This document shows, piece by piece, positions 12,034 through 22,935 of a stretch of 64,000 bases of DNA; position 1 is the stretch's first letter, and each line of letters opens with the position of its first letter. The stretch is from positions 39,432,001-39,496,000 of the forward strand of contig NC_043004.1 in assembly GCF_006345805.1 (NCBI RefSeq). Reading direction: 5' to 3'. Under the pieces are notes generated by a model. It was not told where the DNA came from. It saw nothing but the letters and a program-made list of their open reading frames with translations, and made no database searches. This DNA is from Octopus sinensis (lineage: Eukaryota). Position numbers and translations under genes: made by a program.

Positions 12034-12184
12034 ACTTGCGGTAACCCGTTGATGAATGCTTGCGAGTTTGTAAAATCACGTGGTATGATCCATCCCTTAC
12101 AGGGGTCAGCGAACCGGGGGTAAACTATCCCAATTTTTAGAACTCATTACACAATAAAATTATATTAGGAAATGTGTTCCTTAA

Positions 12185-12395
12185 GGCTGCGAGCTAGCAG
12201 AAACGTTAGCACGCCGGGCGAAATACTTAGCGGTATTTTGTCTGTCTTTACGTTTTGAGTTCAAATTCCGCAGAGGTCGACTTTGCCTTTTATCCTTTCG
12301 GGATGGATAAATTAAGTACCAGTTACGTAATGGGATCGATCTAATTGAGTGGCTCCCCCCCCTAAAATTTCAGGCCTTGTGCCTAGAGTAGAAAA
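12185..12395 (+). mobile_element. Family C SINE (alternative 3' tail)
   Basis: Head and core match the family. Tail CCCCCTAAAATTTCAGGCCTTGTGCCTAGAGTAGAAAA. Confidence 0.8.
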
Positions 12396-12997
12396 AGAAA
12401 TGTGTTTCTTCGATAAACCTTTAGAATTCACAGAATCTGTGATTTTCTTCCATTCTATTCAAGGGGATAACGTCGTTGTAAATAAATACATTTTCGGGTA
12501 ATTGGTGAAAAAAGTTCCCAGACCCCTGATAACATTGCATTGTACTACTCTATATAATACTTAGGGTTAGGGTTATGTACATAAACATATACATACATGC
12601 ATACATATACACATAAAAAAAGGAACTTACCTTTTCATCTTGCCTCTTTTTCTTTTTCCCTCTTCCTGGTCCCTTTCCATCTCTTTTTCCTAAATCTCTT
12701 TTGTTTTTCTCTATTCTCTGTCTGTTTTCTCCATCTGTCTTTCACTCCTCCTCTCCCCTTGTTTCTTAGTTCCTCTTTTTCTTTCTCAGACCAATTACTT
12801 TCTATTTCTTACCCTTTCAAAAGACATATAAAATGTCTTGCCATCTAGCCTGTTTTTAACCTTAGTTCTGTGTAACTTATTGCAATGAAGTTTTCCTTGA
12901 TGACCCGTTCTTGCCAAATACCCATATGCACTTGGAACATCCAATGTAGAGTTTTTAGTAACCATAATGATGAAATATACATAGGAATTATAAAATA

Positions 12998-15496
12998 CTA
13001 GCAGAATTGCCCGGCTTTGCTCGGGGCTGAATTGCTTGAAAGTACTGTTAATGATTGCACTGAATTATGATGATTATTCAGGCAAATATTGATATAAGTT
13101 CACGGCGAATTAATGTATTTGTAAGTGTATAGAAAGCCATGTAAAGGTGTTCCTACCCCCTCGTAGAATGGTGTAAGAATTGAATGTGAGGTTGCCTTGA
13201 AAAGAGCCATGTTATTGTTCTCATAATTGTAAGAATTTGATAGTCGTGGAAGGCGATGTAAAACGTTCGCAGGTGAATAGGGTCTCTTCGTTTTGCACGA
13301 ACGGCAGCGGATGTGCTGTTACAAAACTTGATGCTGTGTTAAAAGAGAGTGGATTTCATATGTAGGCAAGAGAGGTATGAAGCATGGGTAAGTAAATATG
13401 TGTAATTTATAAAATATAGAACAATAGCATCTACTCACCATATGTCAGACCGGCAAGACTGTAGTGGTGCTGATTAGGTAAATCACAATACAGTGGTGGA
13501 GATGTTTTCATTGATGGGCGTTTTGATTAAATTTGTTGTTGTATAAAATGATCTGTTGATTAGTTTCGAACGTGTATGTTGCGATCGTGTTGTCGCTCAT
13601 GTAAACTTTAACAATGAAAGTGTAGATGTAGGGGGTAGATGTGTCATGTACGTTGGATATAGAAGATGAGGCTGGTGGTTTGATGATGAATAGATAGAAA
13701 TAGAGTTGAGCGAAGGACAGGTGTTGGTTAAGTGTGAATTAATGTAATGAAACGCCTAGAAATGTAAATGCCGTCATAAAAGAGAGTCGTATATAAGTGA
13801 AATACTAACGTGTTTGAAAATGATGAAACGTAGTAATCCTATAAAACCTCCTTGTACACAATGTTTTTTGTTTTTCGTTGTGGAAGGAATGCGAAAGCAT
13901 CACTGTTGCTGCCGACACGCGAGCAGCCAACATAAAGCTGACCATGAGAGAAACATGGCTCTCCCAAATGTATTCCTGCCACAGACAGTGTTTGACCCTG
14001 CGCTTTGTTAATTGACATTGCGAAACATGGCCTTACTGGGAACTGGGACCTCCGAAATATGAAAGGTAGGTCTGCTCCTGATGGGAAAAGATGCATTCTA
14101 GGTATGAGCACAACGTTGCCTCGACCGCACCCTGTGATAATGGTGGCCTCAATCAGATTGGGAGATAAGGACTTAACGATCAAACGTGTGCCATTACATT
14201 GTTTTGGGGGAACCAAATTTCTAATGAGCATTATAGTGGCACCAACTTTAAGTTCGAGAATGTGTGGTGGTAGTCCGGGGGGCTCAAAGGAATTGAGTAC
14301 CTCTATTGGATAATTGATGACGTCGTCTGGGTCAGGAGTTGTATCAATAGACTTATATACATATACATCCCCAGGAATGAGTTTTAGCATTTCATCATTA
14401 ATATGGTGAACAGTTTTATTCCTCGGGGCCAGAATAGCCCTTTGGCCAATCCAATCCATATTCTGATAATTAGCTTGTAGATCTGGGAAGACTGCATCTC
14501 TGAGATCAGAAGGCGTGTTAACAATGGTACAAATGGAATCGATGGCAATATTACCATTTTCATCCCCTGATATTTTGCCTTCGCCAAGTGCAAGGAGGGT
14601 GTGAGAAAATGCTGCTGATGTGATATCACGTCGCATATGAGCACGCATATTGGTGTGAAGTTTGAGAGTCTTCACCAGTGGCCACAATGTGGATGACTTA
14701 AGACACGCACTTACAGCATCAGCTCTAGTCCCTTTGGGAATAACGGGAAGTGTTTGTCGGAAGTCCCCTGAAAGAAGAAGTGTTATGCCTCCCATGGGAG
14801 CTGAAGAGTGTTTGATGTCTCTGAGAGATCTATCTAGTGCCTCAAGAGCACCTCTGTGGGCCATCGTGCATTCATCCCAAACGATAAGCTTGCATCGTCT
14901 GAAGACTTCTGCCTGATCGGAGCTGTTACTGATGTTGCAAGTTGGTGTCTCAGTCTTCGCTAAGTCAAGTGGGAGTTTGAAAGTAGAGTGAGCTGTCCTG
15001 CCGCCTGGCAACAAAGTAGCCGCAATTCCAGATGATGCCACAGCTAGGGCAATGCCTTGTGTTCGTCTAATCTCAGCCAATATTAATTTGTTGACAAAAG
15101 TTTTCCCAGTGCCCCCAGGAGCGTCCAGGAAAAAAATGTCCCCAGCTTTGGCCCGGACTGAATTAACAACGGAGTTGTAAGCGAACTTCTGTTCTGGAAT
15201 GAGCTTTGGCTCATTGTCGGCTATGTACTCGGCAAGCTCGTCAACATTAAAACATGTCTCACGCAGCAAATGTGAAGACAGAGTGTTTGTGCCTTCCCGT
15301 TTGTTGAAGGTAGGCCATAGACCGGCAAGGCACTACCGCCCATATCGAGTACAGTATCTTCGATTTCAAGCAGCGCCCTGTTGTAAATGAGGTCAGTGTA
15401 CCCGACCTCCATTGATGGATGTAGCGATTGAGCGTGATGCAGGACATCTTCAGACATATCATCTTTGTAGGTAAGCCATAAAGAGGCGGGATTAGC

Positions 15497-15499
<3 letters not shown>
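12998..15499 (-). mobile_element. 5'-truncated Helitron (RepHel helicase part plus 3' end)
   Basis: 3' terminus CCCGAGCAAAGCCGGG hairpin + AATTCTG-CTAG|T at 12998. Upstream coding (ORF 15221-15499) is frameshifted to the helicase ORF and stops at a (TG)n run. No Rep domain present. Confidence 0.92.
13839..15269 (-). CDS. Helitron PIF1-family (SF1) helicase domain, 476 aa open
   Basis: Motifs FFLDAPGGTGKT, IVWDE, LLSGDFRQTLPV, KQCNGTRL, QFPVRPCFAMSINKAQGQT, HGQLYVGCSRV. Confidence 0.92.
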   Translation of the reverse strand: MLRETCFNVDELAEYIADNEPKLIPEQKFAYNSVVNSVRAKAGDIFFLDAPGGTGKTFVNKLILAEIRRTQGIALAVASSGIAATLLPGGRTAHSTFKLPLDLAKTETPTCNISNSSDQAEVFRRCKLIVWDECTMAHRGALEALDRSLRDIKHSSAPMGGITLLLSGDFRQTLPVIPKGTRADAVSACLKSSTLWPLVKTLKLHTNMRAHMRRDITSAAFSHTLLALGEGKISGDENGNIAIDSICTIVNTPSDLRDAVFPDLQANYQNMDWIGQRAILAPRNKTVHHINDEMLKLIPGDVYVYKSIDTTPDPDDVINYPIEVLNSFEPPGLPPHILELKVGATIMLIRNLVPPKQCNGTRLIVKSLSPNLIEATIITGCGRGNVVLIPRMHLFPSGADLPFIFRRSQFPVRPCFAMSINKAQGQTLSVAGIHLGEPCFSHGQLYVGCSRVGSNSDAFAFLPQRKTKNIVYKEVL

Positions 15500-15543
<44 letters not shown>

Positions 15544-16090
15544 TGTGTGCTTTGTATCATCCTATATCATTTTACATTGTATTGTATTGTATTCTATTAC
15601 ATTATATTATATACGCAAAAACCTATTTAGTTGCCATATATACTTTTTTTTACTTTTACATACACCCAAATAAACATGCGCACCCACGCACATTAGCATA
15701 CAGAGAGAGTGAAAGATAGAGAGAAAAAGAAAGAGAGAAACCCTTTGCCGAAAGCTGCGAGTATAAACTTGGCTGTTCATATTTATTTCCCATGTTGTAA
15801 AAGTTTTAGAAACTCAGTCTTGCTCATACACGCTAGGATGGATGTTTAAACAAAAAATCCCATCTAAATTAGGAGTGTATAAACATATGTTTAGTACTTT
15901 TTTCTTTTCTCCATTTTCTGTCTTTTTCCCTCGTTTTTTCTTTCTCTCTCTCTCAATCTCACCCCACCTATATACGTGTGTATATGTGCGTATGTATATA
16001 TATAAATATACGGTATATGTACATAACAATATATATATATATATATATATATATCCCTCTCTCTCTCTCCTCTATATATATATATTTTTT

Positions 16091-16141
16091 TTTTTCACTA
16101 CAATTTGCTGCGCTGAAAAATTAATTTTTACTGAACCTTTA

Positions 16142-16204
<63 letters not shown>

Positions 16205-16262
16205 TATAGTTTAAAGGTTCAGTAAAAATTAATTTTTCAGTGCAGCAAATTGTAGTGAAAAA
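16091..16262. repeat. Near-perfect palindrome centred on (TA)n
   Basis: 54-bp arms 16091-16144 and 16209-16262 with one G.T difference. Confidence 0.9.
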
Positions 16263-16504
16263 TATAAAAAGAAGGAAAATGCAATGAAATTTTATGTTGG
16301 ACAATATATATATATATATATATTTGAACAGTCTCATGTGTAACTGCCCGAAACTGTAAGGACAATTTGGAAACTTGACGGAGGAGAGAAGACTACGACC
16401 CGTCCTTTTTTTTTCCTGTCCCTCTATTTGTTGTTTTTCCTGTTCGCCTTTTATCGTCTATCTATTTGGATGTTTTATTGTCCTCTATTTCGTTTTTGTT
16501 CTAT

Positions 16505-16582
<78 letters not shown>

Positions 16583-16624
16583 TATGTACGTAGATGACCG
16601 GTTTCGCTTGTGCTAATGAAGACT

Positions 16625-16700
16625 AAGAATTTACATTATTTACAATGTAAATAATGTAAATAATGCACAGAATTCCTCATCTCAAAGATATAGAACAGCA
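16625..16700 (+). mobile_element. Short 3'-end fragment of the Penelope-associated element
   Basis: AATGTAAATAATGCACAGAATTCCTCATCTC matches 46649-46680. Confidence 0.55.
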
Positions 16701-16948
16701 TTTAAGAATTTAGTAATAATGTTGCAATTTCATGCTAGCATTAGAAGTTAATAATGTTAGTAGGAGAAAGGATATGTGTGGCGGGGTGGAACTAACCAGC
16801 CGATTTCGGCGTGAAGCGTCTTCGAACAACTAGCGGGCGTAATTCACTTACCGGAATATTCCATAGACACGTCTAAGATTAATGTAATTATCAAATAGAA
16901 GTAATGTGATTAGTGTGACGAAAGTAGACCTTTCAATAGAATATGTCA

Positions 16949-17364
16949 AGGCGGCGAGCTGGCAGAAACGTTAGCACGCCGGGCGAAACGCGTAGCCGTA
17001 TTTCGTCTGCCGTTACATTCTGAGTTCAAATCCCGCCGAGGTCGACTTTGTCTTTCATCCTTTCGGGGTCGATAAATTAAGTACCAGTTACGCACTAGGG
17101 TCGATGTAATCGACTTAATCCGTTTGTCTGTCCTTGTTTGTCCCCTCTGTGTCTAGCCCCTTGAGGATAGTAAAGAAATAGGTATTTCGTCTGCCGCTAC
17201 GTTCTGAGTTCATATTCCGCCGAGTTCGATTTTGCCTTTCATCCTTTCGGGGTCGATAAATTAAGTACCAGTTAAACACTGGGGTGGATGTAATCCACTT
17301 AATCCGTTTGTCTGTCCTTGTTTGTCCCCTCTGTGTTTAGCCCCTTGTGGGTAGTAAAGAAATA
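16949..17364 (+). mobile_element. Family C SINE, dimeric
   Basis: Units end at GAAATA 17180 and 17364. 11-bp TSD AGAATATGTCA (16938-16948, 17365-17375). Confidence 0.88.
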
Positions 17365-17606
17365 AGAATATGTCACCCGTTTGAAGAACCACAGTTTCTG
17401 TCCTGCCAATGCTTGTGTGCACTCCAGCCTAAGGTCAAGCGACGCAGGCCCATTAAGATGGGATCGAAATCGGATTGCCTTGATTGCGAAGCAAACTTCT
17501 TAACGCCTCTGTCATCCCACTACGATGTATATGTGTGTACGAGAAGTTGCTAAACAGATCGTGACTTTGGGTTAAAGAAATTCTAGAAGCATCAGTTTTA
17601 TTACGC

Positions 17607-17994
17607 TTTTTTACTCGTTTCAGTCATTTGATTGCGGCCATGCTGGAGCACCGCCTTTAGTCGAGCAAATCGACCCCGGGACTTATTCTTTGTAAGCCCA
17701 GTACTTATTCTAGCGGTCTCTTTTGCCGAACCGCTAAGTGATGGGGACATAAACACACCAGCATCGGTTGTCATGCGATGCTAGGGGGACAAACACAGAC
17801 ACACAAACATACTACACACACACATATATACGACAGGCTTCTTTCAGTTTCCGTCTACCAAATCCACTCACAAGGCGTTGGTCGGCCCAAGGCTATAGTA
17901 GAAGACGCTTGCCCAAGATGCCACGCAGTGGGACTGAACCCGGAACCATGTGGTTGGTTAGCAAGCTACTTACCACACAGCCACTCCTGCGCCT
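17607..17994 (-). mobile_element. Family A/B SINE
   Basis: Full reverse-complement copy. Confidence 0.85.
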
Positions 17995-18300
17995 AATTAT
18001 GATTTTAATCAACATATTCCCCTCTCACATTCACACACTCATTGCAGTGGTCTGTCGGATTTTGTAAAAGAACTCGGAGGGTTGGTGCTCTAAGCCAGGC
18101 CTTTCATGATACCCTTAAAGCCCGGAACCTTTCAGCATTCCTTCCTATGCATACGAATGTGTGTGTGTGAATGTAGGAATATGTTTCAAAGTTGATTATG
18201 AGCTTACTGATAAAACTACCAGTATCACTGATGCGATAAGGACGATAAAACTGACCTCCATCTAAATATCTTATGATTACAGCTCTTTCTATATTTTAAG

Positions 18301-18493
18301 ATTGCGTTAAATAGTTTCTGGTACAAGCTGGTCATTTCCTGTAGTGTTCCTTCTCTTGCATGCATTTGGCCCAGAATCCTCAATGACGTTTTTGCTGTAG
18401 GCACTGGCATACACATGCTTGACTTGGGCATTAATGTTACATTAGCCAGTTATCTTTCATTGTCCCTCATTTTCACCATCTTATTGATGTACG
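18301..18493 (+). CDS. Candidate internal exon of a multi-pass membrane protein (MFS-like character, unidentified)
   Basis: Acceptor CTCTTTCTATATTTTAAG| and donor G|GTAAGT. Only one frame is open: IALNSFWYKLVISCSVPSLACIWPRILNDVFAVGTGIHMLDLGINVTLASYLSLSLIFTILLMY(G). Phase 0 to phase 1. Confidence 0.6.
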
Positions 18494-18529
18494 GTAAGTC
18501 CGTCGTGAGAATCAACCGGCGGTTTCTAG

Positions 18530-18964
18530 TTGGCAAGATGGCAGAAACGTTAGCGAGCAGGCAGAAACGTTAGCACGCCGGGAGAAATGCGTAGCCGTAT
18601 TTCGTCTGCCGTTACGTTCTGAGTTCAAATTCCGCCGAGGTCAACTTTGCCTTTCATCCTTTCGGGGTCGATAAATTAAGTACCAGTTACACACTGGGGT
18701 CGATGTAATCGACTTAATCCGTTTGTCTGTCTTTGTTTGTCCTTTCTGTGTTTAAGCCCCTTGTGGGTAGTAAAGAAATAGGTAGTTCGTCTGCCGCTAT
18801 GTCCTGAGTTCAAACTCCACCGAGTTCGATTTTGCTTTTCATCCTTTCGGGGTCGATAAATTAAGTACCAGTTACACACTAGGGTGGATGTAATCGACTT
18901 ACTCCTGTTGTCTGTCCTTGTTTGTCCCCTTTATGTTTAGACCCTTGTGGACAATAAAGAAATA
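18530..18964 (+). mobile_element. Family C SINE, dimeric, duplicated head
   Basis: GCAGAAACGTTAGC repeated at 18541 and 18561. Units end at 18780 and 18964. Confidence 0.85.
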
Positions 18965-19399
18965 ATATGGTTCTGTCTAGCTATGATTAAAGCAATAATT
19001 TATTCCCGCGGATGTTATGTTGGAACAAATTTTACTGAGGTAGATACTATGAGAAAAGCGTTTGTTTATATCGCTAGCGGAGAGATAAATTCCCATTAAC
19101 TCCAGGGCTGAGATCACTAAAAAAAAAAAATAATAATGTCAAGGTTTTAAGGAAAAGTAATGAAGTCAGCTGTGTTCCTCGTTCAGGAAGTTTTTACCAA
19201 CTTCTGCAAGTACACGTACAATTGAAAGTGTGGTAGGGGAAAAATATCACTTTGGTTTGTTGTTATGAAAATTGGATGAATACTGTTTACATAACTTGAA
19301 TTATAATTTAGAACCTTCCTTTCACTTTCAATTACAAACTAAAGATGGAAAAATAGTTCTGATTCAGTTGACAACTGTTACGCTTTTGGGGAGTGTTTT

Positions 19400-20620
19400 G
19401 ATGTTGTTAATGTGACTATCCCATTTTTCTTTCTTTTTTTTTTATTATGGATGATGCAGTGCGATTTGCCCAATTCCAAATTGATATATTTGGGAAACTA
19501 ATTTGATATCTTTTGAAACATCCTCGTCAATTTTAAGACATTTTCAAACCCTCCTTTTTTCTATCTGCAATTCATTCACTATCTTGACGTGTGTGTAATT
19601 ATACTACAACCACAAAGACGTAGATGCCGCCAGAAATATTTCCCAACTGCTGAATATCTCTGGCTGTTCAACCCTCGTCAGAGTATAATTAACAACCAAC
19701 TTCAATGTACTGCATCATTCAGGTCTAAGAAGTGTTCTTAACTCAATATCCAGTCTTTCTGAACTAACCCTTACCAAACATTCCGTACAAACCCAAAACA
19801 CTAAGTTGCGATTTTAACTTCTTAACCAGGCAGCTATATTTTGATAAAACGGAACAAATTAGTGAAAATATTAATCGACACGCTGGGGAGGAACTCCATA
19901 CAGGTCACTGCCTATCGTGAAAAGTCTGGTTAAAGTACTGGAGCTTAATTCAGTCTAAACTGTTCGCTACAGAAAAGGCAGAAAGTGGTACGAACAGCTA
20001 AAAGTGTCTGGTCTTTCGCTTGTTGTGAAGGGAACACAATCTGCTAATCTTCGAATCTAACAGCTACCAAAAAAAAAAAACAATTCCGAAGATTCTCAAA
20101 TTTCACGACGGTAGATGAAGTTCCGATATGTACGGAGTGAATAGTTATGGTCGTCTCTACCTTGCTTGATTTCTCAAGTTGCAGTCCTTACTCAAGGGTA
20201 ACACTTGATATTTTGTTGTTTCTTTTTTGCGTCTGGTGTGTTGTCAAGATGTCAAAGCCTACCACGAGCCGAACCATTAATTCTTGCAATTTATAAAGGT
20301 TAATGGATAGTATGAGAAACGATGTTCTTTTGATAATATGCAAGGCTAAAGAGGTGTACTGAAGAGATTGTAGGGAGGATTTTGTCCTGAATTATGAATA
20401 AATTCTTAACGTTTATGGCTGACAGTGCATTATTCCATCAAGTTCAATAGACATCAGTTTTGCCATCAGCTAAGAAGTGATGAAAATTATGAAATTTGCC
20501 TTGATGCACATGTCAATGACCGAAATATCGTTCTTTCACCTTGCTATGATAAGAGGGCTTTGATGAAGGACGTGTTACGATGTTCTAAAATCTACTTCAA
20601 CATCTTCAAGTATCACTAGA
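19400..20620 (-). mobile_element. Highly decayed CR1/L2-type LINE RT and 3' region
   Basis: Broken minus-strand translations (VDFRTS*HVLHQ..LMAKLMSIELDG; KIVNEL) weakly echo LINE RT and C-terminal motifs. Confidence 0.3.
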
Positions 20621-20824
20621 TAGAAAGATAAGAATGAATACCAGTATATTTTATGAAAGACGAGTGAGAATGATTAACGTGGTTCAGAGAATACTGACCC
20701 TTAATTTGCTTTTGGATGATGGAGTAAGATAAGCGTACGTTGTCGTTTCAGAAGCTTGTCGAAACTCTTAGGCTCTCCTATGGTTTTAAGGGACTGCCAT
20801 CCATGAATGTGGACAAGTCTGTAT

Positions 20825-20867
<43 letters not shown>

Positions 20868-21114
20868 CTTAATATCTGTCCATACTCTAAATAATTTTTA
20901 TCCACATTAATACGATCACGATTTACTACATCGAAAGTCTATCTCTACAAAAGTTTATATCACAGATCTCCTCTTTCTCTATTCTCCATGATTATTTCTC
21001 TCATTGTGTGTGTATAGTGTTCCTTATACTCGTAGCCAACCACCAGCCCAGGATGAGCATTTATCCTCCACCGACTATGTTAATATGCTATCTCTGTATT
21101 TCTCTGTCTCTCTC

Positions 21115-21172
<58 letters not shown>

Positions 21173-21299
21173 CATTCTGCAACGTGTACAATCAATCAAC
21201 CGACTAACATTTATGTATTAGTAATATTCAGTCCACTTATTCGAAAGCTACTAAATCGAAAGTATATTGTACAATTTCGATGTGTATATATGCATGTGT

Positions 21300-21335
<36 letters not shown>

Positions 21336-21399
21336 ACACACACACACACACACGTACAGGAGTATGTTGACAAATGAAAGAAGAACACTCAACACATTT

Positions 21400-21725
21400 A
21401 TTGGGATTAACATTGCGTCCGACTTTGTATTCCGAGTTCAAATTCCGTCGAGGTCGACTTTGTCATTTATCCTTTCGGGGTCGATAGAATAAGTACCAGT
21501 TGAGTACAAGGGTCGATGTAATCGACTTAGCCCCTCTTGCGAAATTGCTGACACTTTTGTGCCAAAATTTGAAACCATTATTAGTTTTATTGCCAAATTC
21601 TGCCGAGATCGACTTTGCCTTTCATCCTTTCGAGGTCGATAAAATAAGTACCAGTCATGTACTTGGGTCGACGTAATCGACTATCCCCTCTCCCAGATTT
21701 CAAGTTTTATGCCTATAGTAGAAAC
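21400..21725 (+). mobile_element. Two tandem partial family C SINEs
   Basis: Two CTTTG(T/C)C(A/T)TT..ATCCTTTCG.GGTCGATA.AATAAGTACCAG cores. Confidence 0.7.
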
Positions 21726-21984
21726 GACTTGTAGTTTTATTGCCGATTTTAATATAATAGAAAAATGCACTGCTACGGTTCGTAGTTCTTAGTTACGTCC
21801 CTTTAATTTCTGAGCTCAAATCCAGGTAGGTCGACCTTAGTTTTCCCTTTTCTTATAGAGAATGCACCAGTCTAATAATAGGGTCGTTTTGATAGGCTAC
21901 ACCCTCAGAAAAAATGCGTGGCCTTGTGCCAAAGTAAAAAAAAATAATATATCATTCTTCTGTAAACCACATCGCTACTATCAT

Positions 21985-22019
<35 letters not shown>

Positions 22020-22385
22020 TTTCCCTCCATCGCATTTTATCTAGTTTTATCTTATAATTACAAATAAGATGCATGAATACACATTGGCATGTGTATTTCT
22101 CAAAACAACCGTTATAATGTTATGTCTATAAACATGGAATAGCTACAGTGCAATCACATCAATTGACAGAATGCTTGAGGCTGAGGTAACTAGGTTTGCT
22201 ATAATAACAGTAATAACAGACTAGTATGAAACTAGCACCAGAGAAAGAAACTGCGTTCGTTCATGAATGTTAACTAGAAGTAGAAACGTTTCATGTCCTT
22301 TGTACATAAGAGCGTTCGTTTCTGTGTGTCTGCATAAGTATCTATGTAATCATTAGGAATAGGATTTTGTTTTTCTATGATAGCG

Positions 22386-22449
<64 letters not shown>

Positions 22450-22762
22450 TGTGGCTGTGTGTGTGTGTGTGTGTGTGTAATACATACATTTTTGTATGTA
22501 TATCTATACGAAAATATAGAATAGATATGCAGACTTGTTTATATGTGTACATACACTATATACACACGTTTATTTATTTTACCCTCTAGCTGTATCATGA
22601 TATCAAAGATAAGTTTTTTCCTGTAGTTTTTCCATAGTCATTGCTTTAAGTAACTGTGCAAAAATTTAAAAATGAAATAATTGTGTGCAAGCGTTAGTGT
22701 ATGTATTTGATTGTTCGTTAGTATGTGTGGTGTGTGTCTGTGTATTGAGAGAGAGAGCATCG

Positions 22763-22811
<49 letters not shown>

Positions 22812-22867
22812 GGATGGATGGATGGATGGATGGATGGATGGATGGATGGATGGATGGATGGATGGAT

Positions 22868-22935
<68 letters not shown>
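22763..22935. repeat. (GATA)n(GGAT)n(GATA)n compound microsatellite
   Basis: Direct reading; abuts the LINE 3' end. Confidence 0.95.

Noticed and set aside
16588-16622. GC-ACAA-GC-GAAACCGGTC as a hammerhead (- strand)
   Set aside because: No CUGANGA box and no stem I.
20425-20619. 64-aa + strand ORF as the next (terminal) exon after 18493
   Set aside because: Phase fits, but the peptide is unconvincing and the opposite strand looks like decayed LINE RT.
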